This document shows positions 46,701-59,362 of a stretch of 64,000 nt of DNA, piece by piece. Positions within the stretch are counted from its first letter, which is position 1. Each line of letters begins with the position of its first letter. Where the stretch lies: NCBI GenBank assembly GCA_051294375.1, contig CM119271.1, positions 4,783,579 through 4,847,578 on the forward strand, read 5' to 3'. The notes beneath the pieces are model-generated. The model was not told where the DNA came from and made no database searches. It was given only the letters and a program-made list of their open reading frames with translations. Source of the DNA: Paraspadella gotoi. Lineage: Eukaryota; Animalia; Chaetognatha. A program made the translations under genes and the position numbers.

Positions 46701-49700
46701 TTTTTATTGATTGACATTCTGAGATTTTTTTGAGACAGTTTTTCCATGCTTGTCATGGAAGCCGGCGTAAAGGAAACTTCCGAGGGCGAGATGTCCAGGC
46801 TGCAGCTAATGGTAGCTTTCATTTTTCTGGAGCAATTCTTGCCACTTTTTCTGCTCGTTCCCGTGCTTTTTCTATATCGTATGTGCGTGGAGGCAAGCCT
46901 AAGTCAATGAAAGATTGATAATCTGGTGGAAGTCCTGCCATGAATCTTTTGTGTATTTCTTGCTTAAATAGTTCTTGGTTTTCGGCAACTAATGGGTGCA
47001 AAGAGCGAGTCTCTGTTATGACCAAATGTTCAAAAGTATGCAAAAGGAAGTTTACCATCCCATTTGAGAGCATCAATGTTATCTTGAAAGTGTTGCTTTT
47101 TCATTGGATCTGCAAGTTTTTGAATTAGTTCAGCTTTCAGTGCGGGCCAATTGTTTTTGTTTTTGGAAGTTTCAAATATTTTTAGACCAAGATCATCCAA
47201 TTTGGTTGGGAGATGTTTGAGGTATGCATTAATTTTCATTTCATTCGTTGCATCATCTGGTAAAGCTGCAATAACTGCCCAAGAATATCTTGAGAGCCAC
47301 AATTCTATGTCTTGTTTCTCACTGAAGTTGAAAGGTCTTATGTCAATTTCATAGAAAGAAATCCATTTTAAGATAAAACAGTTGAATAGAAGATAGTGAT
47401 AAGTGAGAGAACGTAAATGGAATATGAAATTTGTGGAGTTAGCAGCAGTATGTGGTGAAGTGAGCAATGGGTTATCAGAGATAACAGCCCACTTGTCTTT
47501 GGTTTATGAACAAAAGTGAGCAATAGGTTATCAGCGATAACAGCCCACTGGTATCTGGAGATTCTGTATTTGGAGAGGTGTGGATGGTTTCCCAGAGGGA
47601 TGGCCACACAATGAGAAGTAGATTTAAAATAGAGAATTATTTAACTTGTGTAGGAGAGCATCGCTCAGGATAGGAGACGTGTTTTAATGTGCTTAGTTTA
47701 ACATTACATTTTATAAAATAGGACAAAAAGAATACAGTGCCAACTGAAGATTTCAGGCTCAAGAATAGGGTAAATGTGTAGGTTTCAATTGTGGCTGAAT
47801 TTTGTAAGAGTGTGGAAACTATATAAAGTATGATGAGAGAGCAGAGAGGCAGTGAGGAAATGGGTAGTAAAAGGTTGATATCTGTAGGCTTTGGGTGAAG
47901 TATGTTTATTTTGTAAAGGAGTAAAATTTGTCAAATACAAGTAAATATGAGAAGAAATTAAATATGAGCAGAAATGGAAACTTGAGTTGAACGGCACTTT
48001 GTTGTCCCAATGAAGTTTGAGCTTGGATTTGAGAGAGAAGTCGAGGGGTATGAGTTCCTTGAATGTCACATAAAATGTAAAATGAAAAGGAGAATGTTAG
48101 GTTAAAATGAATGGAAAAAACAGGCGCAGAGCAGGGTGGATATCCAAAAACTTTTTTTTTTTTTTTTTTTAAATAAAATTATGGAATGTAATTTGTAAAA
48201 TGGTTAAAATGTATTATGGAGAGAGGAGAGTAAAGTGTGTTTGTTTTCAACTCATTCAGACCTCTGAATTCCCCACAGAAAACAGCTCAGAGAAGGTGAA
48301 CGGGCCAATCGACGAATTAAGCGAAGCGAAGTGTAGTTAGGACGAGTTGTAGATTTGGACGAGTTTTAGAGTTGGACGGACGAGTAGAGAGAGAGAAGAG
48401 ATACCAATTTTGTAACGTATTGTCAAAGTGAGCCGGCTTGTAGAAGTGTGGTATCCCTTATTGATTGGAGCGACGATGAGTTGTAGAAGCGACAAAGTTG
48501 TAGTTTGGGGCCGGAACAGTCTCCTCCAACTGGGTTTCAATGAGTTTTATGAACATGAAAGGAGTAGTGATATCAAAGGTTGTGACACCTCATTTGTGGG
48601 GATGAAGCTGCATCAACTTAAAGCTGCCACCAATTCTCCAAAGTTGGTGCTGTCAGAAGCTGGGAGAACAGCATGAAATGTGGGATCATTTAATGGAGAG
48701 AGCATAGAAAAGTTGATAAATGTGAAATGGATAAATGTATGAAGGTATAAAATATTAAAATAGGATTTAGGTTTATCTTGAATACAATGGGCAGCCAAGA
48801 TTCTTGGTTGGAAATTTTGAATTTCCACATCCGCGATGCACCACTCTAACGGCGGGAGCATCTTATATTATTATTTTTGTTGACCTTATGGTTAGTGGTA
48901 GAATGCTCGCATTGTTCTTTTTGCTGTTCTACTTGATAATGTTTATGAATTAATATAAAGAGAAGCAATAGTGGTCAATTACATTATTTATTGTATTATC
49001 AACTTAACATTATTATTATTATTGCACAAGATACATAATGGTTATTATATTATAAGTGGTAAGCTAAGAAAAGGGCATAGTGGTTCAAACCGACCCTGAA
49101 TCCTAGCTGATTAATAGCTAGGCCTTTGACAATAACAATCTTCTATCAAACATGAGCCAGTCTCCCAGAACAAGAAAAATACTTCCATTTATAAAGCGAC
49201 AATACTACTATGAAAATATTTGAATAATAATTGGAAAACTAAAACATTATTAAAACCTATTAAAACTATTGCTAAAACCGTAAAATAAGACTATTATGAA
49301 AACTGTATCAAAAGATATGAGAAATGCGTCCAAACTACTACAATATGTAAATGAGATTGAAGAACTCAATCTCATTTGAAATGAACCACAAATTATTCTG
49401 CTACATAATAATCATTTCATTGATAGTTGATAATAATCATTCATTGATATTGATAATAATCATTCATTGATGTGATTAATAATCATTCATGACGTGATGA
49501 TAGTCATTCATTGATGCGATGATAATCATTCATTGACGTGATTATAGTCATTCATTGATGTGATGATAGTCATTTATTGATGCAATGATAGTCATTTAAT
49601 GATGCAATGATAGTCATTCATTAATGCTATGAGTCATTCATTGTAAATAAAAACAAACAAATGCGTATATGAGTGAGAGAGAGAAAAAGAAAAAAAATAG

Positions 49701-50780
49701 AGAGAAGCTGGATAGCCACTGTTTTTAGACGAATCAGAAGAAGTAACGACGTAAAAAAAAAAAAAAAAGAGAAAGAGAGCGACATATGATTAAAAGAAAG
49801 AGCTGGACAGCTGAACTCGTATATATAATTATATATATATAAATTATTTTGTAAATAAAAAAAAACAAATAAATGAAGGAATATGAAACATGTGAATCTA
49901 AAAGATCTTGCTGATTAGAAGCTATATCTAAATTTTTAGCTTCCTATAGCTAATTGGTTATAAACTCGAGCTATTTTCAATGTTAAAACAGTGTGACAAC
50001 GCCGACAATGACGACTACGGTAAAAAGAAGCAAAAACGAATTAACATCTCGCCCAAGTTGGGCATTCCGTACGTCTGGCGAGATAAAAACTCGCAGATTT
50101 GCGAGTTGTCCATACTCTTCGACATCACAGCTGTCCAAAACTTTCCTTAACTTTTCTTACCTCGGTCTCCCCGGCCCAGTTAAATACCCTCCGGTTTCCT
50201 GCCAGTGCCCAGATGGCGCCGTCCTCGAGGGCGATAGCGGCGCGCGGCGTTGAGGCGGCAGCGTCATCGTAATAGACTTCGGAATAGTAGTCGAAGTTAT
50301 CGCAGTTGCGCCGCGTTACGTGAAGATCGAACGCGGAGCAGATGAAGAGACCAAAGATGGAGATGATGGCGGAGCAGATAGAAAAAACCATCAGGGTCAC
50401 TATGAAGCATCTGGAAGGTTTTTGGAAAAGGAAATGCAAGTCTTGTAACAGCCTAGATTAAAAGCCACGAATGCTCGAATTTGCTCGTCAATCTTTTAGA
50501 TAACGGAAATTGAAATTGAAATTAGTGAATGGAGGCAGTAAATTCTTTTACGAATTAAAAATACATCAAACCTGGAGGGCCGGCTGGCTGCTGCAAGGGC
50601 CCAAATTCCGGCGAGGGCAAAGAAAAAGCCCCCCCAAATCCCTGCGGAGATGAATGGAACTCCAGTCTCGCTGTTAATGACGATAAGAATAATCTGGAAG
50701 ACGATGGACAGCCCGGCCAAGGTCAGGAGACACCAACCGAGCTGACGGGCGATCTCCGTATTAAACCCCGTCGGGTTCAT
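43770..50780 (-). CDS. MS4A/CD20-like four-pass membrane protein, 4 exons (50780-50572, 50410-50161, 44427-44120, 44025-43770)
   Basis: Four hydrophobic segments, SAGIWGGFFFALAG (CD20-like TM2 motif), ASIWCSTLCCRAVC after TM4, and a Pro-rich tail with LPPY/PPY motifs. Splice phases are consistent. The 5.7-kb intron 2 is almost all transposon. Confidence 0.72.
45079..45641 (-). repeat. 3' LTR
   Basis: Direct repeat of 48845-49405. The minus strand begins TGTAGCAG and ends CGTTAGA. Confidence 0.92.
46547..47366 (-). pseudogene. Frameshifted retrotransposon gag (capsid-like) coding region
   Basis: Consecutive overlapping frames: IRPFNFSEKQDIELWLSRY...NWPALKAELIQKL, then KRFMAGLPPDYQSFI...IEKARERAEK. 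Both are gag-like, and the frame changes fall at short indels. Confidence 0.7.
48834..48843 (-). promoter_or_regulatory. Primer-binding site complementary to the tRNA-Gly(GCC) 3' end
   Basis: The minus strand reads TGGTGCATCG 1 nt after the 5' LTR. Invertebrate tRNA-Gly(GCC) ends ...CCGATGCA-CCA. Confidence 0.8.
48845..49405 (-). repeat. 5' LTR
   Basis: Direct repeat of 45079-45641. It differs mainly by single-base indels. Confidence 0.92.
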
Positions 50781-52462
50781 TATGGACGCGGGCGGTTTTC
50801 GCCCTGAGGTTTCAAGCCCCGCCACTTGACCAAAGGTGAGTTCCGTATTTATATTTCTTATGGGGCCATGTTTTGTTCCTTTACGTAAGTTAGAGAGTAA
50901 ATTAAGACCGATTAAAACGTAAAAACTTCTACCAACTCTACCAAGTCCGGTTTAATATTTTTCCAAGCGTAGATTGTGAGCCAGAAGAAAAAAAGTCGAT
51001 GGGACCTTTAATCGCGAGATCTTTGAAAACAAATATTAAGTCTGAAAGAGAAAAAAAAATCGCTTTTAAATATTTTTTTTGTTTCGTTTTAACCGGAGAG
51101 AAAAAAAAATCTAAAGAACTAGATCTAGGTGAATTTTTAGATTCGCATTCGTTTAAGTAAAGTATACGACCTATATTTACATGCTGGTTCACGAATTGAC
51201 TTCAACACAGAAATTAAAATAAAGTAAACATTTATTTAGTTGAACTTTCCGTAGAGAAAAATAATCTGAAACAAAAATAACGTCTGTATACAGCAAAGAA
51301 AGGTAAAACTGTAGAAATAAAAACCAGCATGAGTCGACAAACGAAGTCGGCCTTCTATAGCATTGTTCTAGGATTCGCTATGTACAACATATCGCAGGTT
51401 AAGGAGTAATGATAAGAGTCAAAAACGGCCAGGAACAAATGAAACGACAAATTACGAGGGCGAAAAATAATTTCAGATCAAAACTTTAGAACTGTATCGT
51501 TGTATTTAAAATCCGATAATAAACCAGTTCCTTAATAGTGCGGCAACCAGCCACCATCGTGCTTTTAGCGGTTTAAGCTGTTCTTTAGTTAAAAAAAAAT
51601 TCATAAAAATCTAACGCAAGCCTCGGAATCATAGAGAGCTTATTTCTCAAAAAAAGTATTAGCACATACAAAAAAAGGCATTGATTTTTAAATAAATACA
51701 TAACAGTAATATGTATAGGAGGAATTAAATTCATTTTCGTCTAAGGGAATTCACAGGTTATTTAATTCATAGCGGGCAATAAATTTAAAAAAAAAAAAGC
51801 AAATGGTCACCGTAAAATATGTTCCACCGTCTATAAACGTCTTATTGACTTAATCTCAGCCTAAATGATTCGCAAATTGTTCATTTTTCAATTTTCAGAG
51901 CTCATAAGAGGCGAAGCGGGACAGATCTAAGTTAACCCTCGCTTCCGGAGACCTTCCTTCGCATTAACACCAATTTTTTTAAAAAAAATCAAATTTTGGG
52001 CCGAATGGGGTTGACGAGGAAATGTGATTTTTATGAAAACGAGAGGCGGGAAGAACATCGCGATGGCTCGCCAAGTATCTCTCGCACTCTCTCCAGATGT
52101 ATAAGGGGGATGATAATAAAAAGAGGACAAAAATATAAATTACGTCTACGACCGATGATTCAAACAAACGTTATATATGGCTAGAGGAGATTGCGTTGAT
52201 GTGTTCTTTTCTCTTACCCTTTTTTTTTTCTTAACCAATCAGAGGGATGAGATTAAAATCTGACGACTTAGTCAGAAGAGGCACTTTTATCTTTCGAGGT
52301 TTCATCTCGAGATAAACGTTAAATAAAAGCAGTTTCCGGGAGAGATTTGGGGAGAGAAGGGATTTAGTGGCGGGGGCGGACATACATGGAAGGGAGCAAA
52401 GAAAAGGCGCCTGACGGAGGGAGGAAGAAAGAAAAACGCTGTCGTCAATTAGTCTTAACTTC

Positions 52463-55400
52463 TCATAAATCGTCCTGAATCAAGTTTTCCATCCCCGCCA
52501 TGGCGTTCTTGTCCCCCGTCACGTTGCACTTGTGAATGATGGCCTTTTCGTAGGCCTTCTTCACTGCCCGCCGAACAGATTGTTTCCTCTCTCCATTGAG
52601 CTTTGCGTGGTCCAGACCAGAGTCGACGCCGAGCGGCTCGAGCTTGTTTCGCGGTAGCCACTGCCAAGTCCGCTTAGAGTCAAAGAACAATACCAGATAG
52701 TAGTGGTTCTCGACCGGCTGCAGACTCAACACCTCCTTTGGTGGGACGGGGATGGGCACGCCGTTTTGATTGACGCCAATGCGGGGCATCTTCGGATTAA
52801 TGATGAGAGCGGGATACCAGGGGTATCCGCGGCATTTGGCCCAAACGAGGTCGAGAGGCTCGAGGGGAATGATCTCATCGTCCCAGGCGGAGGAACCGCG
52901 CGATCGGCGAACGTTGGCCGCTTTCGGGAGTAACAGGGAGTTGCGTCCACCGACGACGGCGGCGTCAGCGGCACGGCGCGGCGGAGCTTTCCGCGTAGCG
53001 CCGGGATTGTTGCTACCCTCGAGAGCGAGAACCCTGTCCACGTCGCGCCCGTCGTCGTCATCCGCATCATCGTCGTCTTCGTCGGTGGTGCTGTCGCCGC
53101 TCCGCGACCCCATCGAGCTCGTCTCCATTCCCGAGTGGGAACCAGTAAAGTCCGCCACGTGCAATGACGGCCCGCTGCGACGAGGGCTGGCGTGGCTCGA
53201 AGAATTGTTGGAGAGAAGCTGAATATGCGGCATCGGGTGGTTGTGAGGCAGACTGAGAGGAGGGAGAGCGGGGTAAGTGATGTGGAGACTCGCACCGCCA
53301 CCGCCGCTGCCTCGGTCGTCGAAAGAGTTTCGCGACGACGGCGAGTGACGGACGGCGTCTACGGAATCCTTGAAGGCGGAAGGAAATCCCGACGGCGACC
53401 CGCGGAGTCCGGCGCCTTTGCGCTTTGTTAATCTCTTGTTTTTCGTCGCAAGAAGGCCGCCGACGCTGCCGCCACCGTCCCTTGACCGCCGCCGGTGAAT
53501 CCTGCTATTGTGCCGATCGTCGACGAGGCAGTTGACGCCGTTGTTGGGGGACTTTGAGGAGGAGAGACGGGAATCGGCGGAGGGCGTGAGAGGGAGGGAG
53601 GAGACCCGACTCTCGCTCATACGACTCCGTCGCTCCTCCTCCTCTTCCTCCTCGTCCTCGTCGTCGGAGGATGCCGTCTCGCTTTCGCTGCCCGTCGAGT
53701 CGGAGTCGTCCGTCTCGTCGTCGTCTGCGTCGTCGTCGTTGTCGGAAGAATCGGAACGAACAACGGCGTCTCGGCGGTACCGCTTGAAGCTTTCTTGCTC
53801 CAACTTTTTTATCAACTCTTCGTCCGGCGGGAGCGCGGTGTTTTTCTCTGAAGCGTCGTCGGCTGCGGCGTCGCCGGACAGCGTCGCCGGCGAAAACTTG
53901 ATCTGCTTGGCCGGCGTCGGGTTGAAGCGGGTCGCCCGGCCGGCAGGAGAGAAGAGCGACGGCGTCGTCGAATCCTCCGAGGATGAGATCAAAGAGTTGG
54001 GCATCTGCCGCTTCTTACCGGCGAACGGAGCCGACCTATGGGAGGTGATGATATTTAAGTGATCACGTGACTGCAAAAGTATGATACATATGCACATGAA
54101 AGTTCTTATGGTTCCTAACCGTTCTACCAATTATATACGATATAATATATGATGATTGATGAAGTTTTAAACGATTTATAAGCCTTTAAAACGTAAGTAA
54201 GACAGACCGACGGACAGACAAACATACCGACCGAAAAGTGACTTAAATTCACAACAAAATTCTGATGTCAGATTTTATTGTTTATCATTATTGTTATGCA
54301 GTTGTTTCTCTCCTTTGTTTTTCCCCTATTTGTTTTCAAATGATTAAATGAGTGCTGATTACGGGCAAAATTGTTTTAAATGTAACTTGTAAGAAAATGG
54401 TACAACTAATTAATGTAAAACACCTCGCTAATTTTTATCTTAAAAACAATTGAAGTCAATTAAAAAAAAAAAAGAAGAAGATCAAAATTCTCCCTCACAG
54501 AACCTGGACGCGGCGGCAAGGCGATCGAAGGCGTTGGATACTGAGGTGGTGGGCGTGGGCGCGGCACAGGAGGCGGAGACGGGCGTCAATGAGACCTGAA
54601 CAAAAGGAATCTGGGTCCGATTTTTCCCTCCGCCGAGGCAGCGAGTACTGTCTTTTCTCTCCCTAAAAGTTTTTCCCTGCGAAGCGTTGAGGTCAAAACC
54701 GGCGGCGCCGTTGTGCGCCGTCGTTTCGTCGTCGGAAGTGGCGCCGTTGATGGCGTGGTTGTCGGCGTCTCCGTCCTGTCGCCGACCGAAGAACGAGTTA
54801 AGTTTAGTCTGCTTCATTCGCAAAGCGCGAGCGCGACGCTTCCTGGAGGTGGACGTTGTCGACTCTCGTCTCGTGTTCGCCTTTAACGAAGACAGAACGT
54901 CGTCGTCCGTCTTGTCGTCGTCGTCGTCTTCGGTGCGATCGTCGTCTTCATCGTCGCCGTCGTCGTCTCGACTGGGAATTCTGGATCGACTTTCGCTGGA
55001 CGGAGATCGATCTACTTTGAGCGGGGACTTGACCGGTTGCTGCTTCTTCCCGCGGAAGAGGACCATACTTCTTCGATTGACGCCGCCGTTGGTCGAAGAT
55101 CGTTGATCCCCTTCGACGTCGCCAGGGGATTCCTTTTTCGCGACGCCGCCGACCACAGATTCTTCCTCCGTCGGCGAGTGAACGTTTTTAACCGGCGACG
55201 ACGAAGTGGCCGAGACGCGGGCGGGGTGACGCGGCGTGCCGGCGGCGGCGCCAAAGAGATTCGCGCCCGGCTCCAGCGGCGTGGTAGGCGGGGAGATCGG
55301 AGAAGTGGTGATGTCGTCACTGTTGACCGCCTGATTGTTGGCGGGTCGCAATGACGAAGGTTTTGATTTTCCTTTTCTACCCTTTTTCCGCCGGACGGTG

Positions 55401-58400
55401 GGTTTGGATGCGACGGAGACATCTTTGATGGACTCTTCCTCTGCGACGGTCGTTTCCGCGTCAGAGATGTTCTCCGTCTTGGCGGCGTCGTTGGGCGACT
55501 CATCGACGGAATCATTGGCGTCGCTCCGGCGCCGATTTCGCGCTCTTAATTCCGGCGCGGTTTCGACGTCGGCGTCCTCTTCCTCTTCTTCCTCTTCATC
55601 GTCGTCAGTCTTGGCCGGCGTCGTATCCTCCAAAACGATGCCCAAACCCCTCGTGCTTTGTCGCCGCGGCAAAGTGGGCGTTTTCGTCGGAGACTTGGTT
55701 TTTGAGGGCGAGGCTGGGCTGGATTTGGAGGGCGATTCGCCGCCCAAATTCTGCTGCGCCGTCAACTTCCGGCGAATGATGCCGATCTGCTTCTTGAGCT
55801 CCTTGACCCGCTTGTTGGAGACCGCCCCTGACGAACAGTTGGCCTGATCCATCTTGTTAAGCAAAATATCCAGCTGCTTTTCTAGTGGAACGTCGGAGGC
55901 TGTGAGAGACTGGATAAAAGCCTCCACATCCTCGATATCGTCCATGTGAGCATCCTCAAACGTGGCGGTCTCAGCGGTGGTGTCCTTTTCTGTCGTGACG
56001 GCGCTACGATCTTCGGGCGACAGGTGCAAGCCCGTCTCACGGTCGAATCCGATTTTCTCGTAGATGCGGCGAGCTTGCCGTAAGATGCTGCCGCCCTGGT
56101 CGCGCAACTTGATCGCAGCTCGGTAAAACATGTTGCCCTTGCCGTTGTAGCTCACGCAGTTGGAGACGATGAGCTTGAAATCGTCCTCGAATTGAGTTAC
56201 GTTTACATACTCGTTGTTTTGAATCTTTTTTCTCATGGTTCGGAAATCCATGGGGTGAGGCACACAAACATAATAGTCGGGCGCTTCCGCCGGATTCACT
56301 GGATCTGCAAAAATGTTTTGAGTGTCCTTCTCCACCAACTGGTCCAGAGTATTGCGCAAAAAGTAGTTCAGCGGCTGCAGTTCCAGTTCAACGACCAGCT
56401 GATGAATTCTAACCCGCTCCCGTTTCAGCCGCTCCCTCTTGCGAATAAGCTCTACCAGAAGTCGCGCCTTTTCCAGGTCTTGCCGCAGTCTCTGCCAATA
56501 CTTCAACTGCTCTTTCAAAGCCTGAGTCTTTTGCTCCGCGTCGAGGTCCTTCTTGGTCTGGTTGCTCATCTGCAAACGTCGCAGCAACGGAACGCCGTTT
56601 CTCGATTGTCTTTTAAGCGTCCAGTAACCTATGAGTCTTTCCATGAATTGGGCTTTTTTAGGGAGGCTGACCTTGGCCATGATTTGATTGAGGCGATGCT
56701 GGGATATGACGGGCACAGAGACCACAGGCGCGGCCACCCGCTTCTCCGCCAAAATCTTGCGCGCTTTCTTCATGTTGATCTTTGAACCGGGTTTGACGTC
56801 CTCAAATCCGTGGTCCAGCTTAGGCACCCGCGCGGGCGAGGCGTCGGCCGGCGTGTGAGCGTCGCAAAAGGCGGTCTTGGAGACTGAGTAGGTGGTACCG
56901 CGGCCAGTGTCATCCTTAATGGGCTCCATTTTCAGATAAAGTCCCGCCTGTTGAGCACAGGTCACGTGAAAGGCCGTGTAACAGTTGGCTTTGTGACACT
57001 GAATACAAGCGCCGACGTTGGTCTGTTTACAGATGTAACACTTAAGGCGCCATCGAGCGGGTGGGATGTTTTTAACCGAGTCAATAGGTTCGAGGAAGAC
57101 GGCGTTTGCGAATCCCACCTCGGGGATCCAGAGTGCGCAGACAACGTGGGCCCAAGTTGCATCGTCGGTCTGCTTGAAGGCGCCCCCTTTGTTGGGACAA
57201 AGAATGCATTCTACTGCCCTGGAGGGCGATTGGAGGCAACGCCGGCATAGCCACTGCCCCTCGGGAATGTAGGGAACACCGTAGCATTCCTGATGCACTG
57301 CCAGGTTGCACATATCGCAGAAGAGAATAACGTTGGAGTTCTGACACTCGCCGTCGTTACAGATGCAGCAGACGGCGTCTTCGTCAATCGGCGGCCCCAC
57401 GTCCTTGCCCGAAGATTTACTCTGAAAGTAAGATTCTTTCTCCAGTCGGTCCATGAGCTGCTCGAAGACTTCTTGCTTGACGGGGCCGGCGCCTTCAGCT
57501 CGACGCTTCTGATTGACAATCTCCAGCCAAGCATCGTCCTCCTCGTCCATGTCATACTCGACTTGTTCATCCAGTTCCTCTGGAGTCTTCTCCATGTAAC
57601 GATAATACGAAACGACCCGTTCTGGCACGGGCGGAAGCCGCATTGGCTGGTCGATGATGCGCCAAACGGCCTCCGGTAATTTATTCTTTCCGTCGTCGCC
57701 GCCGGGCGTGGCCGGGGGCGTGTCGCAATTGGCTCCTTTCCGCTTCATGGCGTTCTTGATGCTTTTCCGCGAAGAGAAAAGAGCGTTTTTGGCTTTTTTC
57801 GAGACTTTCGGAGTCTTTTTGGGCGAGGGAGCAACGGGCGTCGGTGGCTGTAGAGGCGGCGTGGGCGAGGGTCGAGCCGGCGCGGCGTCGTCGGCGCCCG
57901 ATGTCCCGGGCACGGCGTCGTCGCCCTTGATTTCGTTCTCTCTATTGTCGATCTCATCCTGGGTCATTATCTCGAGGTTTTCGGTGATGTTGATGCGATG
58001 CGTCTCTCCCTCAATCTCCACCTCGACGATCTTCTGGGACTGGGCGTAGGTGAGCGCCTCTCGCGGGCGCGAGGGGGCGGCGCCGCTCCCGCCGAGGCTC
58101 AGCGGCGACGAAGCGTTGTTGGGACTGCGGCAGCGGTTTTTCGGGTTGCGGGCGTCGGCGCGGCGAGACTTTTTCGAAGAGTCCGCGACGGCGGCGGCGG
58201 CAGAGTCGTTGGCGGCGGCGCCGGGCGTGCGAGGGGAGGAAGGCGTGGAGGAAGCGGAAGCGCCGTGATCATGGTTCTGCAGGTGAAACTGAATGCCGGG
58301 ATAGGATTTGTAGACACGACCGCAACCGGGGATCGGACAATCGTATGGAGGCTTGGTCGCTTTGAGGATGTCGCAAATGACCTGGACGTTGACATCAGGA

Positions 58401-58417
58401 CCGCATTGTCCCAGCAT
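52463..58417 (-). CDS. BRPF1: Peregrin/BRPF-family scaffold (C2H2, EPC, PHD-Zn knuckle-PHD, bromodomain, PWWP), 2 exons (58417-54504, 54035-52463)
   Basis: [50 protein letters not shown], bromodomain PMDF...YN, and PWWP segment [16 protein letters not shown]. Confidence 0.95.
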
Positions 58418-59003
58418 TGTCCGTCTTTTATGTGGGGTAATGGCGTGCGGCGAAACGGCGGAAGCGGATCGCGCGAGGGACGAGGGTTCCTTCTCTCTTT
58501 TTAAGAGTCGCTGTCGAGATCAACGCGGTTCCAATTGAGAATTTTCGTCTTTAAACGCGAGGGGGCGTCTCCATTGACGCCGCGCGGAAGAGGATTTTCT
58601 CCCTTTCTCGAGATGACATTCAGGGTTGGGGCGACTTCGTTCATAGTTGGTTCGATCCTGAATCAATTGTCGTCGAGAAACCGAGTCGCGGAAAGATCCA
58701 ATAAATACCATCTGTTCAACTGGATAAAAATATACTGTAGAGAAGGTCATTGAGAAAATAAAAGATCAATAAGAGATATTATAATTATTAATCTGATAAA
58801 TTTCATCCCCAAATCAACCAATGAATGAAGTCGGACCGACGCACCACCAATTTAAAAAAAAAAAGCTCACATAATTAGTGATTATTCTTGAAAATTTTAA
58901 ATAATTTTCAAAACTTTAATTTAAAAAAATTAATTACACCAAATCATTTCTATCAATTAAAAGATTATTTAAATCAAAGAGCGAAATAAAATTTACGTTT
59001 CCT

Positions 59004-59362
59004 TTAAAAGCGCTCAGGGTCATTCCACGAAAATGGACAAAGAACCATGGTGCAAGCGCTAAACCCGTTCGTGGAACAGGTGCAATTATTGCAAGGATCG
59101 ATCCAGAACTGCATGCCGGGCATGCAAGCGTCCGGGCAACCCAATTCAGTACAGTCAGTCGGTTTGCCTCCCACACATCTGACACGGATTTTAAACAAGG
59201 TAAAATTTCAATAGGTTAAAATCTGAGCAATAGGATTGACCTGCACATATTGCAACCATCTTTTGAGAAATAATCACCCTCTCTTATGCCAGGGGGACAA
59301 ATTGCTTCTGTGGACGCAACGTATGTCAAGTACAACACGACTAAAAAATATAGTACTTTCAT
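59004..59362 (-). CDS. Secreted two-domain pacifastin-like protease inhibitor, 98 aa, 2 exons (59362-59241, 59178-59004)
   Basis: Signal peptide MKVLYFLVVLYLTYVASTEA, then C-x14-CNMCRC-VG-G-KPTD-CT-ELG-C and C-x10-CNNCTC-STN-G-FSA-CT-MVL-C. Both fit the pacifastin Cys pattern. 62-nt GT-AG intron. Confidence 0.82.

Larger units (their letters stand above)
45079..49405 (-). mobile_element. 4327-bp non-autonomous gag-only LTR retrotransposon (Ty3/gypsy-like)
   Basis: Near-identical ~560-bp LTRs, 4-bp TAAT duplication (45075-45078, 49406-49409), a PBS starting TGG just inside the 5' LTR, and disrupted gag-like frames. I see no RT or integrase motifs. Confidence 0.88.
44595..50088 (-). mobile_element. 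HINE/DINE-1-like element, copy 2, interrupted by an LTR retroelement
   Basis: Same termini as copy 1: ATCTCGCCAGAC at 44603-44614 and ACGTCTGGCGAGAT at 50071-50084. The expanded 22-bp array (ATTGACGTAATGATAATCATTC variants) lies at ~44820-45078 and 49406-49645. Confidence 0.72.

Noticed and set aside
54597-54680. Extra BRPF1 intron ending at TTTTGTTCAG
   Set aside because: I found no convincing GT or GC donor that preserves the frame, and the frame is open through the region.
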